Source: Granulicella sp. (GTDB lineage Bacteria; Acidobacteriota; Terriglobia; Terriglobales; Acidobacteriaceae). Taken from it: 58,653 nucleotides of DNA. The notes beneath the pieces were generated by a model, which was not told the DNA's origin, searched no databases, and worked only from the letters and a program-made list of their open reading frames with translations. This document shows positions 19,191-29,755 of the stretch, in pieces (position 1 is the stretch's first letter; every line of letters begins with the position of its first letter). The position numbers and the translations under genes are program-made. The stretch lies in the NCBI GenBank assembly GCA_003162875.1, contig PLUT01000344.1, positions 1 through 58,653 on the forward strand, given 5' to 3'.

Positions 19191-20332
19191 TCTAGATTGA
19201 ACTCTTCCGCGATCGCCTGGTTGTGCTCGCCGATGCGAGGGGCGGCGAGCGGGCTGGTAAGCCGCTCGCCGTCGATGCGGATCGGGCAGCGCGTAGTGCG
19301 CATCACCGCACTCGGCCGGCTATCTATCGTCTGGACCATCTCCAGCGCCTTGAAGGCGTCGTGGGCGAAGAGCCGGTCCCACGTAAGGACATCGGCACAC
19401 CAGATATCGGCAGGCTCGAGTATCGATAGCCACTGCTGCGTGGTCTTGTGCTTCAAATGCTGCACCAGGATCGACTTGATCTCGTCGCGCTGATCGAAGA
19501 GCGACGCGGGGTTGGTGAAGGTGGCGAGCGCAGGGCAATCCAGCAACTCGCCGAGGCGTAGGATCGAGCCCATTGCCAGCGCCAGATACCCATTTGCGGT
19601 AGCGTAGATGCCATAGGGCGCGCCGAGGTATGCGTGGGCGTTGTTGACGCTGCTGCGTTCCGGCGGTCTGCCGCCATCGTTCAGGTAGGTGGTGAGTACC
19701 TCGAATTGCAGATCGAGGATTGACTCCAAAAGCGATACCTCGACCTTGCCTCCGAATCCAGTAATTCCCCGGCGCAACAGCGTGGCGAGAATCCCCTGGA
19801 CCAGATGTGCGCCCGCCATCATGTCTGCTACCGCAAGACCGAAGGGGACGGGCGGCTGCGCAGCATCGCCGTTGAGGAAGGGGAGGCCGGAAAGAGATTG
19901 CACCAATAGATCCTGTCCGGCCTTGTTGCGCCAGGGGCCTGTGCTGCCGTAGCCGGTAACCTCCCCATAGACGATCCGCGGATTAAGCTCGCGAACAGCT
20001 TCGTAGCCGAGGCCAATTTTTTCAATAACGCCGGGGCGAAAGTTCTGGATCATGACGTCGGCGTGCATGAGCAGTTTGCGGATATGAGCAAGATCATCAG
20101 GATTTTTGAGGTCGGCAGCATACGACTGCTTGTTGCGATTGATGGAGTGGAAAAGAGTCGAATCTCCGTCGAGCGACAAGTTGGAAATGTAGAGTTGGCG
20201 GCACAGATCTCCGGTGCCGGGCCGTTCAATCTTAATTACGCGTGCGCCCAGGTCGGCCATCCGCAGACTCGCGGAGGGCCCGGCGAGAAACTGCGAGAAG
20301 TCGACGACCAGCAGACCAGCGAGCGGTTTCAT
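19187..20332 (-). CDS. Class III CoA-transferase (CaiB/BaiF family)
   Basis: Motifs [51 protein letters not shown] (catalytic Asp region) and APRIGEHN. Confidence 0.92.
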   Translation of the reverse strand: MKPLAGLLVVDFSQFLAGPSASLRMADLGARVIKIERPGTGDLCRQLYISNLSLDGDSTLFHSINRNKQSYAADLKNPDDLAHIRKLLMHADVMIQNFRPGVIEKIGLGYEAVRELNPRIVYGEVTGYGSTGPWRNKAGQDLLVQSLSGLPFLNGDAAQPPVPFGLAVADMMAGAHLVQGILATLLRRGITGFGGKVEVSLLESILDLQFEVLTTYLNDGGRPPERSSVNNAHAYLGAPYGIYATANGYLALAMGSILRLGELLDCPALATFTNPASLFDQRDEIKSILVQHLKHKTTQQWLSILEPADIWCADVLTWDRLFAHDAFKALEMVQTIDSRPSAVMRTTRCPIRIDGERLTSPLAAPRIGEHNQAIAEEFNLE

Positions 20333-21483
20333 GCGTCCTCCTTCCGCGCATCGGCGAGGGCCTTGTTCATGTTACCCAGAACTTCCACCTCTGGACCACC
20401 ATGGGTGAGGTAGTCGTAAACGAGCTTCCGAGCTGTGTCCTGAAATGCGATAAAGCCGGCGAAGCGAGGGCGAATCCAGGCGGCGTCAAGCGTCGTCAGA
20501 GTGTTCCCGAAGAAGTTCGCGGTGGCGGCATTCAGTGCCGGATCGAGCCACGCAGCGCGATGGCCGGGCTGGCCGCCCGACTGCGCGTAGAGTGTCTTCT
20601 GTACCAGCGGGCTGGCGACAAACTCGGCATACGCCAGAGCCTGCTCCGGATGTTTGCAGGTGCGCGAGATGGCGAGGCCAGCACCACCAAGCGTCGAACG
20701 CAGCGGCTTGCCGCTGAAGGTGACGAGGCCTCCGGCACAAAGGACCGAGGCAGCAAACCCGTCGCGCGAATAGTTGGAGTAGCCATAGGCGAACGGGCAG
20801 TAGGCAACGGCATCGGAGTCTGAGAGAAGTTGCCATGTGCGGATCGGATTGCGATCGAGCGAACCCGGTGCGCTGAGTTGAACCAGTTCGCGAAGAAGTT
20901 GCAGAGCCTGCCGGCCGGCGGCCTCCGCGATGACTTCGTCAGAGTGGGTAAAGGGCTCGGCACCGAGCGCATTTGCGAGCATGAAGAGATTCATCAAGCT
21001 GTCGATAGGAATTGCAGGAACGCTCACCAGCCCGCAGCGAGCCAGCGCCAGCAGTTCTTCCCACGTCGCGGGCAGTTGGGCATTGGCACGGTTCAGCAAG
21101 TCGGGACGGCAAGCAGAGATTGGCGCGGCCGCGTCGATTGCAAGCGCATACTGATGACCATGGTAGTTGTAACTTGCGTGAGATTGGCCAACCGAGTTGG
21201 CGGCCTGATCGGCTAGGAACTCGGCAGGGAGATATTCGTCGAGCGCGAGCAAGAGATTCTGCTGGGCGGCCTCGCCGATCGACGGATGATCAATCACCAG
21301 CATGTCGAAGCGTGAAGCCAGATCGGAGAGCGGTGCATCGGCGAACTGCTGCAGCGAGCGCTTTTGCCAGAGTATGGAAACGTCATGGTGAACCTCCGCG
21401 TAGCGCTGGGCTGTGGCTACGAGGGGAAGATAGCCGCGCGTGTGATTCCACGTAATGCCTGTGAGTTCGATCATGACCTTCAT
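20329..21483 (-). CDS. Family-1 solute-binding-fold protein without a signal peptide
   Basis: Motifs [35 protein letters not shown] and LGGAGLAIS. Start ATG 21483 or 21474. Confidence 0.8.
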   Translation of the reverse strand: MKVMIELTGITWNHTRGYLPLVATAQRYAEVHHDVSILWQKRSLQQFADAPLSDLASRFDMLVIDHPSIGEAAQQNLLLALDEYLPAEFLADQAANSVGQSHASYNYHGHQYALAIDAAAPISACRPDLLNRANAQLPATWEELLALARCGLVSVPAIPIDSLMNLFMLANALGAEPFTHSDEVIAEAAGRQALQLLRELVQLSAPGSLDRNPIRTWQLLSDSDAVAYCPFAYGYSNYSRDGFAASVLCAGGLVTFSGKPLRSTLGGAGLAISRTCKHPEQALAYAEFVASPLVQKTLYAQSGGQPGHRAAWLDPALNAATANFFGNTLTTLDAAWIRPRFAGFIAFQDTARKLVYDYLTHGGPEVEVLGNMNKALADARKEDA

Positions 21484-21551
21484 GATCGTAGCTCGACAGA
21501 CCAGCCGTTGATCGGGATGATAAGTTTGCTGGGTGATGTGAAAGCGCGCAA

Positions 21552-21566
21552 TTCCGGAGAGCGGAA
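21552..21566. promoter_or_regulatory. Operator TTCCG-GAGAG-CGGAA
   Basis: Perfect palindrome in the divergent promoter between the binding-protein/CoA-transferase operon and MaoC. A degenerate tandem copy lies at 21566-21580. Confidence 0.72.
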
Positions 21567-21592
21567 TGCGGGCAGTGGAAAGGAAGCGTGCC

Positions 21593-22039
21593 ATGACGGG
21601 CGAGATGTTCTTTGAAGACTTTGTTGCCGGAGCGCAACGAGAAACCATAGGCCGAACCATCACCGAAACCGACGTGGTGATGCATGCCGGGCAGACCGGA
21701 GATTTCTACCCGCATCACATGGATGCGGAGTGGTGCCGAACGCAGCCCTTCGGCCAGCGCATGGCGCACGGCACGCTGATCTTCAGCGTAGCGGTGGGGA
21801 TGACGGCGGGCGCGATTAATCCTCGGGCGATGAGCTATGGATACGATCGACTCCGCTTTGTGCGCCCAGTATTCTTGAACGATACGATCCGTGTGCGCGT
21901 GTCGATCAAGCAGATGCGCGAGGATGCGAAGTGGCCGGCGCATGGAATCGTGGTGGAGGCGCTGGAAGTCGTGAATCAGCGCGGCGAAACAGTGCTCGTC
22001 GCCGAGCATCTGCTGCTGGTGGAGCGCCGCGGTTCGTAA
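21593..22039 (+). CDS. MaoC-family (hot-dog fold) dehydratase
   Basis: Motifs [26 protein letters not shown] and [22 protein letters not shown]. Confidence 0.88.
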   Translation: MTGEMFFEDFVAGAQRETIGRTITETDVVMHAGQTGDFYPHHMDAEWCRTQPFGQRMAHGTLIFSVAVGMTAGAINPRAMSYGYDRLRFVRPVFLNDTIRVRVSIKQMREDAKWPAHGIVVEALEVVNQRGETVLVAEHLLLVERRGS

Positions 22040-22053
22040 GAGCGGGAGACGCT

Positions 22054-24501
22054 TCAGTTCGCGGGAACGGCATGGTGACCTGGCGACCGAAAGACGTTGC
22101 TCCGTCCCCCGAACTCCACGAGAGCCTCCACGCCCCCAGGCAGATCGAGATCGATTCCCATCTCCTCATCAACGCGAATCGCGATGGTTCCGTGAGGCGT
22201 GGGGACGGAGCCGTTCGCGTACTTGAGGCCGAGCAGGTTGGGGCGAATGTTCACCGTGTCGTAGCCGGGACTCGCAGGGGTGATGCCAAGTACATTTTCG
22301 ATGAGCCAGGCGGTGGGCGCGGACGACCATCCGTGAGCCATGGAAACGAAGTAGCCGCTGGTGCCGTCGGCCTGTAGCGACAAGTGAGGATTGGTCTTCG
22401 GCCAGCGCAGGTCATAAGATTCCCAGAAACTGGTCGCGCCCTCGGCGAGCATGCCGCCCCAATACGTGCGGATCCAGTCGAGAGCTTCGCGGTTATGACC
22501 GGTTGCGGTCATGGCGTCCAGAACGTAGCCGTTGAAGTAGGGGCTGATGATCTGATCGGCAGGCGCATCCTGCTTGACCCGTGACAGGACCTTGTTCCAA
22601 ATCGCGGGGCGCGGTTCCGAGTCATCTGCAAGTGTGGCCAGCGCGTTCAGTTGCCATGTAGTGCCATAGGTAACACCGTCTGCATCCCGCAAAGTATGGA
22701 CTGCCGCGACCGCCCTATTGGCCTGCGCGTCATATCGCTGCTCGTTCTCTGTGTCACCGAGAGCTTGCAGAAGGGCTGCTGCTGCGCGGTAGCCGCGGAT
22801 GTACTGAAGCTGGGTACCAAGCTGGGTTTCGGGCGTGTAGGCATATAGATCCGGAGCCCAGTCCACAAAGAGCCACTGATGCTTCGCGTTGGTAAACATC
22901 CCCCGCGCGTCAAGGCCCGCGTCCATCGCGGCAAGGATGCGGAGCAGGTCCTCGCGCTCGGATGCCAGGAAGGCCTTGTCACCCGAATGTTGATAGAAGT
23001 TGGCGAGCGAAGTGATCCACAGCGCGGAATAAGAAGGGATTCCGTTGACGGGTCCAGTTCCTTCGGGAACAAGAGCATGGAAGGTCTGTTCTACCAGAGC
23101 GCGGTCGCCGAAGACGGTTGAGATAACCCGATCTTCGACGTCAAGGTCACCGGCCCAGCGGCCTCGATCGCGTTTGACAGCGTCCCAGATACCATCCTGC
23201 ATACAGAGGTGGATGGTGTAGGCACCCACCTCCCATATTCGGTTCAGCTGGGGGTCGGACGACTGGAAGGACCCGGCATAGGTAGCGGGATAGTAGATGC
23301 CTTCGACGCGAATGGACTTGAACGCCATATTGGGCGCGGTGCCTAGGAAGCGGATGCGCACGTAGCGAAATCCGGATTTGGGGCCGCGCGCGACGCCATT
23401 CGCTGGCACTTCAAGAATGTTTGTGCCCAGGTAGTTTCCACCCTGCTGCCCCGGAGTCAATCCGGTTGCGAGTGCCTCGATCTCGGACTCGCCGTAGGCG
23501 ACAGAGAGCACGGTCTCCGTGGGCGATGCCGACTCCACTAAAAGACGCCCGGCAACCTCGCGCCCAAAGTCGAGCAGCAGCGAAGGCGCCTCGGCGTCGC
23601 TTGTCTGCGGCGTCTTATTTGTAACCGTAAATGGTTCTGTTGCGTTCGGAATCGTCAGCGACGAGACGTGCGAGAAGCTCGCTCCGCCCGTGTAGGTGTG
23701 GGTAACCGAAACGGCGGTCAAAGGAAAGGTGCGCAGCGCGGGCGACATACCCATGTAGCCAGGCCAGCCGAACATACCGGCGTCTGCCGACCACTGGAAG
23801 AAGTCCACATTCGATTCTAGGGGACCAAGCGACTCGACGGGCTGCCACGATGAGTCGTCGGAGCCCGGTTCCGACCAGTGATTGGGTGACATACCGGTCG
23901 AGCCTGCAATCGAGCGCCAGTTTGTGTCAGAAATTACGAGGGCCGGCGCCTCCATCCCGAAGCGAGCCGACACGATCTTCACGGCGAGCACCTCTCCATA
24001 GGCAAGTTGTTGGGTGGCCTGCGAACTCGTCCCGCTAACCTCGCCTCGTCCGCGAACAGCCTCTATAGCGAGAACGTTCTCTCCGACTCGCAGAGCGCCC
24101 GTAGCGGAAGTATGAAAGACGTGAAAGCCGATGGGCGCGTCTGTGTTGAGGTAAAAGTCATCGAGTCGATGCCCGTTGAGGAAGACATGCGCCTCGCGTG
24201 GGCCGGCAATGTAGAGTGTTGCGGCCTCAGGCAACGTATGGACACTGAAGTGGGCGCGGAAGTAGTGCGGATCCACGCGAAGATCAGGGCGGTTCCACGG
24301 AAACTTGTCGTGGTCGGGACGGCGAGCAGTGACATCACCCTCCGTCCAGATGTACTGCTCGGGGAGGGAAACGTGATTCGGCGCAGTCGCTGGAACGGAG
24401 CGCGTCGGATCGAGCGGACTTGGCAATTCCTGCGCGCACGCAGCCGCCAACATTGCGATGGCGGCAACGAGGATCGTGAGAAATCGGCTGAACTTTGGCA
24501 T
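22054..24501 (-). CDS. Alpha-L-rhamnosidase-like glycosidase, GH78 type
   Basis: Signal peptide. Motifs LDFGRE, GFRYVRI, F.SSD..LNRIW..GAYT, DAVKRDRGRWAGD, GATSFWE and SMAHGWS. Confidence 0.85.
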   Translation of the reverse strand: MPKFSRFLTILVAAIAMLAAACAQELPSPLDPTRSVPATAPNHVSLPEQYIWTEGDVTARRPDHDKFPWNRPDLRVDPHYFRAHFSVHTLPEAATLYIAGPREAHVFLNGHRLDDFYLNTDAPIGFHVFHTSATGALRVGENVLAIEAVRGRGEVSGTSSQATQQLAYGEVLAVKIVSARFGMEAPALVISDTNWRSIAGSTGMSPNHWSEPGSDDSSWQPVESLGPLESNVDFFQWSADAGMFGWPGYMGMSPALRTFPLTAVSVTHTYTGGASFSHVSSLTIPNATEPFTVTNKTPQTSDAEAPSLLLDFGREVAGRLLVESASPTETVLSVAYGESEIEALATGLTPGQQGGNYLGTNILEVPANGVARGPKSGFRYVRIRFLGTAPNMAFKSIRVEGIYYPATYAGSFQSSDPQLNRIWEVGAYTIHLCMQDGIWDAVKRDRGRWAGDLDVEDRVISTVFGDRALVEQTFHALVPEGTGPVNGIPSYSALWITSLANFYQHSGDKAFLASEREDLLRILAAMDAGLDARGMFTNAKHQWLFVDWAPDLYAYTPETQLGTQLQYIRGYRAAAALLQALGDTENEQRYDAQANRAVAAVHTLRDADGVTYGTTWQLNALATLADDSEPRPAIWNKVLSRVKQDAPADQIISPYFNGYVLDAMTATGHNREALDWIRTYWGGMLAEGATSFWESYDLRWPKTNPHLSLQADGTSGYFVSMAHGWSSAPTAWLIENVLGITPASPGYDTVNIRPNLLGLKYANGSVPTPHGTIAIRVDEEMGIDLDLPGGVEALVEFGGRSNVFRSPGHHAVPAN

Positions 24502-24523
24502 GATCGCTCTGCAACCAACGGCA

Positions 24524-24552
24524 TTGCCAACTCTAAACCAGTTGCGTATAAG
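24524..24552 (+). promoter_or_regulatory. Sigma70-like promoter TTGCCA-N17-TATAAG upstream of the GH39-like gene
   Basis: Canonical spacing. Near-identical architecture at 39952-39980. Confidence 0.55.
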
Positions 24553-24584
24553 GAGGAACTGTTTCGACGGGAAGGCGAACAGAT

Positions 24585-26090
24585 ATGCTCAAATCGCTGG
24601 TGACAATCGGATGTCTCGCCCTACTCAGCGGCACCGCAACGGCGCAGCATCCTACCGATACCGCGGTGAAGATCACCGTGAATTGGACCGCGGAGCGGAA
24701 TCCGCTGAAGACAACTCCGACCCTGCAGGTAGTGGTCAATCCCCTCCTGCGGCGCGGCGCGCCGATTCACGACGCCGCATTCGCCAACCTTGAGCGTCTT
24801 GGCGCCGACTATGTTCGTTTCGTGCCGTGGCACCCGTATCCACGCCTGGCGGTCGCCGAGCTTGAGCCACCAACCAAAGACAAAACCTCCTGGGACTTCT
24901 CGCTGATTGACCCGCTCACCATTGACTTTCTGAACGCAACCGAGGGCCATGATCGAATCCTGAACTTCAGTACTATTCCCGCGTGGATGTACCATGCGAA
25001 GACACCGGTAACAGTACCAACAGACCCTGATCGCGTCTATTGGGATTACACCCAAGGCAAGCAGCTGCGCGACCTTACATGTCGCGAGTTGGCTGGATAC
25101 TACTCGCGTCTCATCCGCTGGTACACGCAGGGCGGCTTCACCGATGAACTTGGTGTCCGCCACGAATCCGGCTATCACTATAAGATTCCCTACTGGGAGG
25201 TCTTCAACGAGATCGACGTGGAGCATCAGCCGACTCCGGAGCAGTACACGGCAAGCTATGATGCCATCGTTGGCGAGCTGCACCAGATCGATCCCGCAAT
25301 GAAGTTTGTCGGCCTCGCACTCGCCTTTCCGGAGCGAAATCCGGAGATGATGGAGTACTTCCTCGATCATAGAAATCACAAGTCCGGCATTCCGCTCGAC
25401 ATGATCTCCTATCATTTCTACGCTTCACCCACGAAGGAGCAGACGCCCGATAACTGGCAGTACAGCTTCTTCGACCAGGCGGACAAATTCCTTGTGGCCG
25501 TGAGGTACATCGAGAACATTCGCAAGCGCCTCTCCCCCGAGACGCGGACGACTCTCGACGAGGTCGGTTCCATCCTGCCGACCGACTGGCATCCCGACAC
25601 GCCGAATGATCCCGGCCCCTCGATCCCCGCGATCTATTGGAATGCATCAGGCGCACTCTACGCCTACATTTATTTGGAGACGGCAAAGCTCGGCATCGAC
25701 ATCGTCGGCGAATCGCAGCTGGTCGGATTCCCTTCGCAGTTTCCCAGCGTGACCATGTTGGACTGGACGACCGGCGCTCCGAACGCACGATTCGAAGTGT
25801 TGCGCCTGCTTCACGATCATCTTCGTGCAGATGCGACCTTGGTGGAGACCAAACTGATCGCAAAAAACATGGATGCCCTAGCCTTTGAGGATGTGGGCGG
25901 CCACCACTTACTGCTCGTCAACAAGCGCAATCGAACCCTTAAGGCAGAATTACCTGAGGAATTTGACGGCGGCACTTCCTGGACAGTCGATCCAAGCCAC
26001 TCCACTGCGAAGCCGGAACAGCTTCATGGTCGACAGCAAACTCTGGGTCCATTTTCGGTCACAATTGCAGACGCGAGGCGCCAACACTAA
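24585..26090 (+). CDS. GH39-like (clan GH-A) glycoside hydrolase
   Basis: Signal peptide. YWEVFNEID (acid/base), DMISYHFY and TLDEVG (nucleophile region). Confidence 0.72.
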   Translation: MLKSLVTIGCLALLSGTATAQHPTDTAVKITVNWTAERNPLKTTPTLQVVVNPLLRRGAPIHDAAFANLERLGADYVRFVPWHPYPRLAVAELEPPTKDKTSWDFSLIDPLTIDFLNATEGHDRILNFSTIPAWMYHAKTPVTVPTDPDRVYWDYTQGKQLRDLTCRELAGYYSRLIRWYTQGGFTDELGVRHESGYHYKIPYWEVFNEIDVEHQPTPEQYTASYDAIVGELHQIDPAMKFVGLALAFPERNPEMMEYFLDHRNHKSGIPLDMISYHFYASPTKEQTPDNWQYSFFDQADKFLVAVRYIENIRKRLSPETRTTLDEVGSILPTDWHPDTPNDPGPSIPAIYWNASGALYAYIYLETAKLGIDIVGESQLVGFPSQFPSVTMLDWTTGAPNARFEVLRLLHDHLRADATLVETKLIAKNMDALAFEDVGGHHLLLVNKRNRTLKAELPEEFDGGTSWTVDPSHSTAKPEQLHGRQQTLGPFSVTIADARRQH

Positions 26091-26097
26091 AATCCGC

Positions 26098-27702
26098 TCA
26101 GCCTGCCCTCAGTCGTCGAAACCGCACCGCCTGGTAAGGCCGTCCCGTGAGTGTCAGCTTCGTCTTCCCCTCGAACACTCCGGGCAGCACACTTACCTCC
26201 ATCTCCCAGGGATCGATCAGTTCTGCCGCAAATCTTCCCTCCGGCAGCGGAAACTCATAGTAAATAGGCTGATGAAAATCCATGAAGTAGAGTATTTCTT
26301 CCGTCACTTTGCCGGTTGCGTCCACAGTGGAAGCGTTCAAGTAATAGGCTGCTGGCTGGGCCTCAAAGCCAGTGCGTTTTGCATCCTTGCCCATTTCGGA
26401 AGCAGTTTCTTCCACCAGCTTGCGCAGGAAGGCAATACGCGCCGGACTGGTTCCGTGCAGTTTGCCGCCATGGGACCACCACAGAGTGGGCGTCGTATTC
26501 TCATCCAGCGGCAGGCTCGGATCGAGATACGTCTCCCCGTGCGTTACGTAGCAGCCGGCGACGATTCCCAGCCAAAACCGTCGCGTCATCTCTTCGCCAG
26601 AGAGATTCCCCCATCGGCTGTTGAGATTGCCCTCGTACATCACCTCGTCGTAACAGATCGGCTTCTGCCAAGCGTTGAGCCATCCGGCGGCCGCCTCAAA
26701 GTTAGAGGTCTGCAGGCTGGCGTGCGTGACCCAGGGATGCGAATAGTCATACTGCACATGCGAATAGTGAACCGAGCGCAGATGTCCCACAGGATCGTGC
26801 TGTTCCACAATGTGAAAGAAGCGGTCGAAGTCCTGTGTCGACTTCGTCTTCATCAGATCGAATTCGTTCGCCAGCGACCACCAGATGTTCCGATATGCGG
26901 ACATTCGCGCCAGCACATAGCGCAGGTAGCGATCATCTGATTCCGCTGACATTGTCGAGTATCCCCAACGGTCGTACGGGTGAAACAGAATCAAGTCCGC
27001 CTCAATCCCAATAGCACGCAGATCGGCAATACGCTGTTCGACGTGCGCGAAGAATGCGGGGTTTGGCCGCGTGAAATCGTGCTCGCCGGATAGGTTTCGT
27101 TCGAAAGAGTAGAACGGCGGCTCGTTGTGGTTGTACTGATAGCTCTTGGGAAAAACGCACATGCGAATCTTGTTGAACGGCCCCATCCGCAGTGATTCAA
27201 GCGTCTGCTGCTGAAGGTCATCCCCTTGATGCATCCAGGCATAGCAGGTCGTTCCAAATGGGGAAAAAGGAGTGCCATCGGCGTAGGCAAAATGGTGCGT
27301 GTTGCGCACTCGCACTGGCCCGTGGGCGCCGGCAAGCGCCGCCACGCAGGGGAATCTACCCGTTTTGCCTGAAAGCTCCGGCACATTGCTGCTTGTGGTG
27401 TACGTCCAATCGCCTGTGGTGTCCGGCATAAAGCGTACTTTGTATTTGCCTGCGCCATCGTAGAAACCGTCGACGGTCACGGTACGATGTCCAAGCGAAA
27501 ACGTCGCCGTCAAGTCGACTTCAGTAAACGGGTTGCCGGACGAGGGACCAGACAGGACGAGTTCAAACGTCTCCCACTGAGGCACTGCGGCGTGAGCTGC
27601 TTCCGCGCCTCCGCTGACGGCCCCGCTAACCCCGGCCGTAAGAATGGCGAGCGAACCCGTAGACCCAAGCTTCAGCATTTCGCGGCGATTCATCAAACTC
27701 AT
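26098..27702 (-). CDS. DUF5060-DUF4038-DUF5605 protein, apiosidase (GH140)-like catalytic domain, Tat-exported
   Basis: Tat signal NRREMLK. Motifs GFYDG.G.YKVRFMP, HFAYADGTPF..FGTTCYAW, FNKIRMCVFPK, WWSLANEFD, KP..YDE..YEG and HGETY. Confidence 0.8.
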   Translation of the reverse strand: MSLMNRREMLKLGSTGSLAILTAGVSGAVSGGAEAAHAAVPQWETFELVLSGPSSGNPFTEVDLTATFSLGHRTVTVDGFYDGAGKYKVRFMPDTTGDWTYTTSSNVPELSGKTGRFPCVAALAGAHGPVRVRNTHHFAYADGTPFSPFGTTCYAWMHQGDDLQQQTLESLRMGPFNKIRMCVFPKSYQYNHNEPPFYSFERNLSGEHDFTRPNPAFFAHVEQRIADLRAIGIEADLILFHPYDRWGYSTMSAESDDRYLRYVLARMSAYRNIWWSLANEFDLMKTKSTQDFDRFFHIVEQHDPVGHLRSVHYSHVQYDYSHPWVTHASLQTSNFEAAAGWLNAWQKPICYDEVMYEGNLNSRWGNLSGEEMTRRFWLGIVAGCYVTHGETYLDPSLPLDENTTPTLWWSHGGKLHGTSPARIAFLRKLVEETASEMGKDAKRTGFEAQPAAYYLNASTVDATGKVTEEILYFMDFHQPIYYEFPLPEGRFAAELIDPWEMEVSVLPGVFEGKTKLTLTGRPYQAVRFRRLRAG

Positions 27703-27941
27703 GGCTCAGTTTCCCCTCTGTCCAAACCCAGTACATCGACTGCCACTGACCTCCCGACGATACAAGATATCGAGCAGCGAGCAACAACGTCCAGCATCAT
27801 CCGTGCAGGCAGCAGAAAACTCTTGGCCAGCGGCGTTCATTGCGGCAAGCAGTGCGAGTTGTTCTGTCCATTCGGGATCGCTGTCGTGTACAAAGGTAGC
27901 GATAGAAGCGTCCTATCGTTTCGGGAGTCGTCAATCAGCGA

Positions 27942-28790
27942 ATGAGTGCCACTAACACAGAAGAGATACCGGGCCTTGAGCGCCGCCTGCGCCAGGCCTC
28001 CATCGCTGTGCGTAGGAACGCTCTGCGCATGGTTCATCATGCAAAACTCGGCCATCCTGGCGGAGATTTTTCCTCCACCGACGTATTGGTGACGCTGTAT
28101 CTGTCGGTGATGAAGATCGATCCGCGGAACCCTGCGTGGCCGAACCGCGATCGCTTTGTCATGAGCAAAGGGCATTCCTCCGCCGCGCTGTACGCAACCC
28201 TCGCCGCTGCCGGAATGCTCGAAGAGGCCGCGCTGGCAACATACATGGATCCGCTCTCCTTGCTCAACGGTCACCCGGACCGCAACAAGGTGGCAGGAGT
28301 TGAAGCCAATACCGGGCCGCTTGGTCACGGGCTGCCGATTGCCACGGGGTGCGCGCTGGCGGCGAAGATGCAGCGTGCCGCATGGCGGACTTTCGTGCTC
28401 ACGGGAGACGGCGAGTTGCAGGAAGGAAGCAACTGGGAGGCGGCACTGTGCGCTGCGCAGTACAAACTCGACAATCTCGTCCTGATTGTCGACCGTAACC
28501 GCATCCAGCAGGGAGACTTCACCGAAAGCACCATCAACATGAATCCTCTAGGCGAGAAATGGCGCGCATTCGGGTGGCATGTGATCGAGGTGAACGGACA
28601 CAATCATGGTGAGCTGCTGCGGGCGCTTTCCGGACCCGCGCTGCCAGGTAAGCCAACATGCGTTATCGCCAACACCATCAAGGGACACGGAGTGTCCTTC
28701 ATGGAAAACAATCCAGCATGGCACCACGGAGTTCCAACGGACGCCCAACTGGCGCAAGCTCTGGACGAGTTGGCGAAGGAAGAACTATGA
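27942..28790 (+). CDS. Transketolase N-terminal subunit (apulose-4-phosphate transketolase subunit A-like)
   Basis: Motifs GHPGG, RDRFVMSKGH, NTGPLGHG, GDGELQEGSNWEA (TPP motif) and WHHG. Confidence 0.9.
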   Translation: MSATNTEEIPGLERRLRQASIAVRRNALRMVHHAKLGHPGGDFSSTDVLVTLYLSVMKIDPRNPAWPNRDRFVMSKGHSSAALYATLAAAGMLEEAALATYMDPLSLLNGHPDRNKVAGVEANTGPLGHGLPIATGCALAAKMQRAAWRTFVLTGDGELQEGSNWEAALCAAQYKLDNLVLIVDRNRIQQGDFTESTINMNPLGEKWRAFGWHVIEVNGHNHGELLRALSGPALPGKPTCVIANTIKGHGVSFMENNPAWHHGVPTDAQLAQALDELAKEEL

Positions 28791-29755
28791 GTGTCGAAGT
28801 CGCCACCAGCGCAGACCTATTCGATTGTCGCAACGCGTTCGTATCCACTCTGGAGGAGATGGCGGCGGCCGACAGGCGCGTGTGCGCGGTTGTGAACGAC
28901 TCCGTAAGCTCGACAAAATTGAAGGGGTTTCGTGAAAAATTCCCCGATCGCTTCGTAAATGTCGGAATCGCCGAGCAGAACATGGTTGGCACAAGTGCCG
29001 GACTGGCAAGCGCGGGCATGATCCCATTTTGTTGTGGCGCTTCCTGTTTTCTGACGGCTCGGGCCATGGAGCAGGTGAAGGTTGACCTCGGTTATGCGAA
29101 GAACAACGTGAAACTGTGCGGCATGTCGAGTGGCATGGCCTACGGGGAACTCGGCCCAACCCATCACTCCATCGAGGACCTCGCATGGACGCGGGTGATC
29201 CCGAACCTGATGGTGGTGGTGCCGGCGGATCCCATAGAGACGCGCGCAGTCATGCTGTGGGCCAGGGATTATGTGGGTCCCGTCTTCGTCCGGCTGAGCC
29301 GCATGCCGGTGCCAAAACTTCTGTCCGGCGATTTTGTCTTCGAGCCCGGCAAAGCTGTCACATTGCGCGAAGGAGACGATATCGCTCTGCTGGCAAATGG
29401 CGTGCTTGTTGCGCGCGCTCTTCAGGCGGCGGAGAAGCTGCATGAACGCAGAATTGGAGCGCGCGTGCTGAACATGTCCAGCATGGCTCCGATGGATCGC
29501 GAAGCTGTAATCGCCGCTGCACGCGAGACTCGCGGAATTGTCACGATCGAGGAGGCGTCAGTCTACGGAGGACTCGGCGGCGCCGTTGCGGAGATCATCG
29601 CCGACGAACATCCCACCCTGGTGAAGCGGATGGGCGTTCCTGGGGTTTTCGCGCCCACCGGCAGCGTGGAATTTCTGCTGGAACACTTCGGTCTTACCGC
29701 TAGCGGCATTGAGAAGGCCGCGGTCGAACTGCTGAACAAGGCGGCGATGGGATGA
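28787..29755 (+). CDS. Transketolase C-terminal subunit (apulose-4-phosphate transketolase subunit B-like)
   Basis: Motifs NVGIAEQNM, GPTHHSIED and GGLGGAVAE. ATGA overlap with subunit A. Confidence 0.9.
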   Translation: MSVEVATSADLFDCRNAFVSTLEEMAAADRRVCAVVNDSVSSTKLKGFREKFPDRFVNVGIAEQNMVGTSAGLASAGMIPFCCGASCFLTARAMEQVKVDLGYAKNNVKLCGMSSGMAYGELGPTHHSIEDLAWTRVIPNLMVVVPADPIETRAVMLWARDYVGPVFVRLSRMPVPKLLSGDFVFEPGKAVTLREGDDIALLANGVLVARALQAAEKLHERRIGARVLNMSSMAPMDREAVIAAARETRGIVTIEEASVYGGLGGAVAEIIADEHPTLVKRMGVPGVFAPTGSVEFLLEHFGLTASGIEKAAVELLNKAAMG

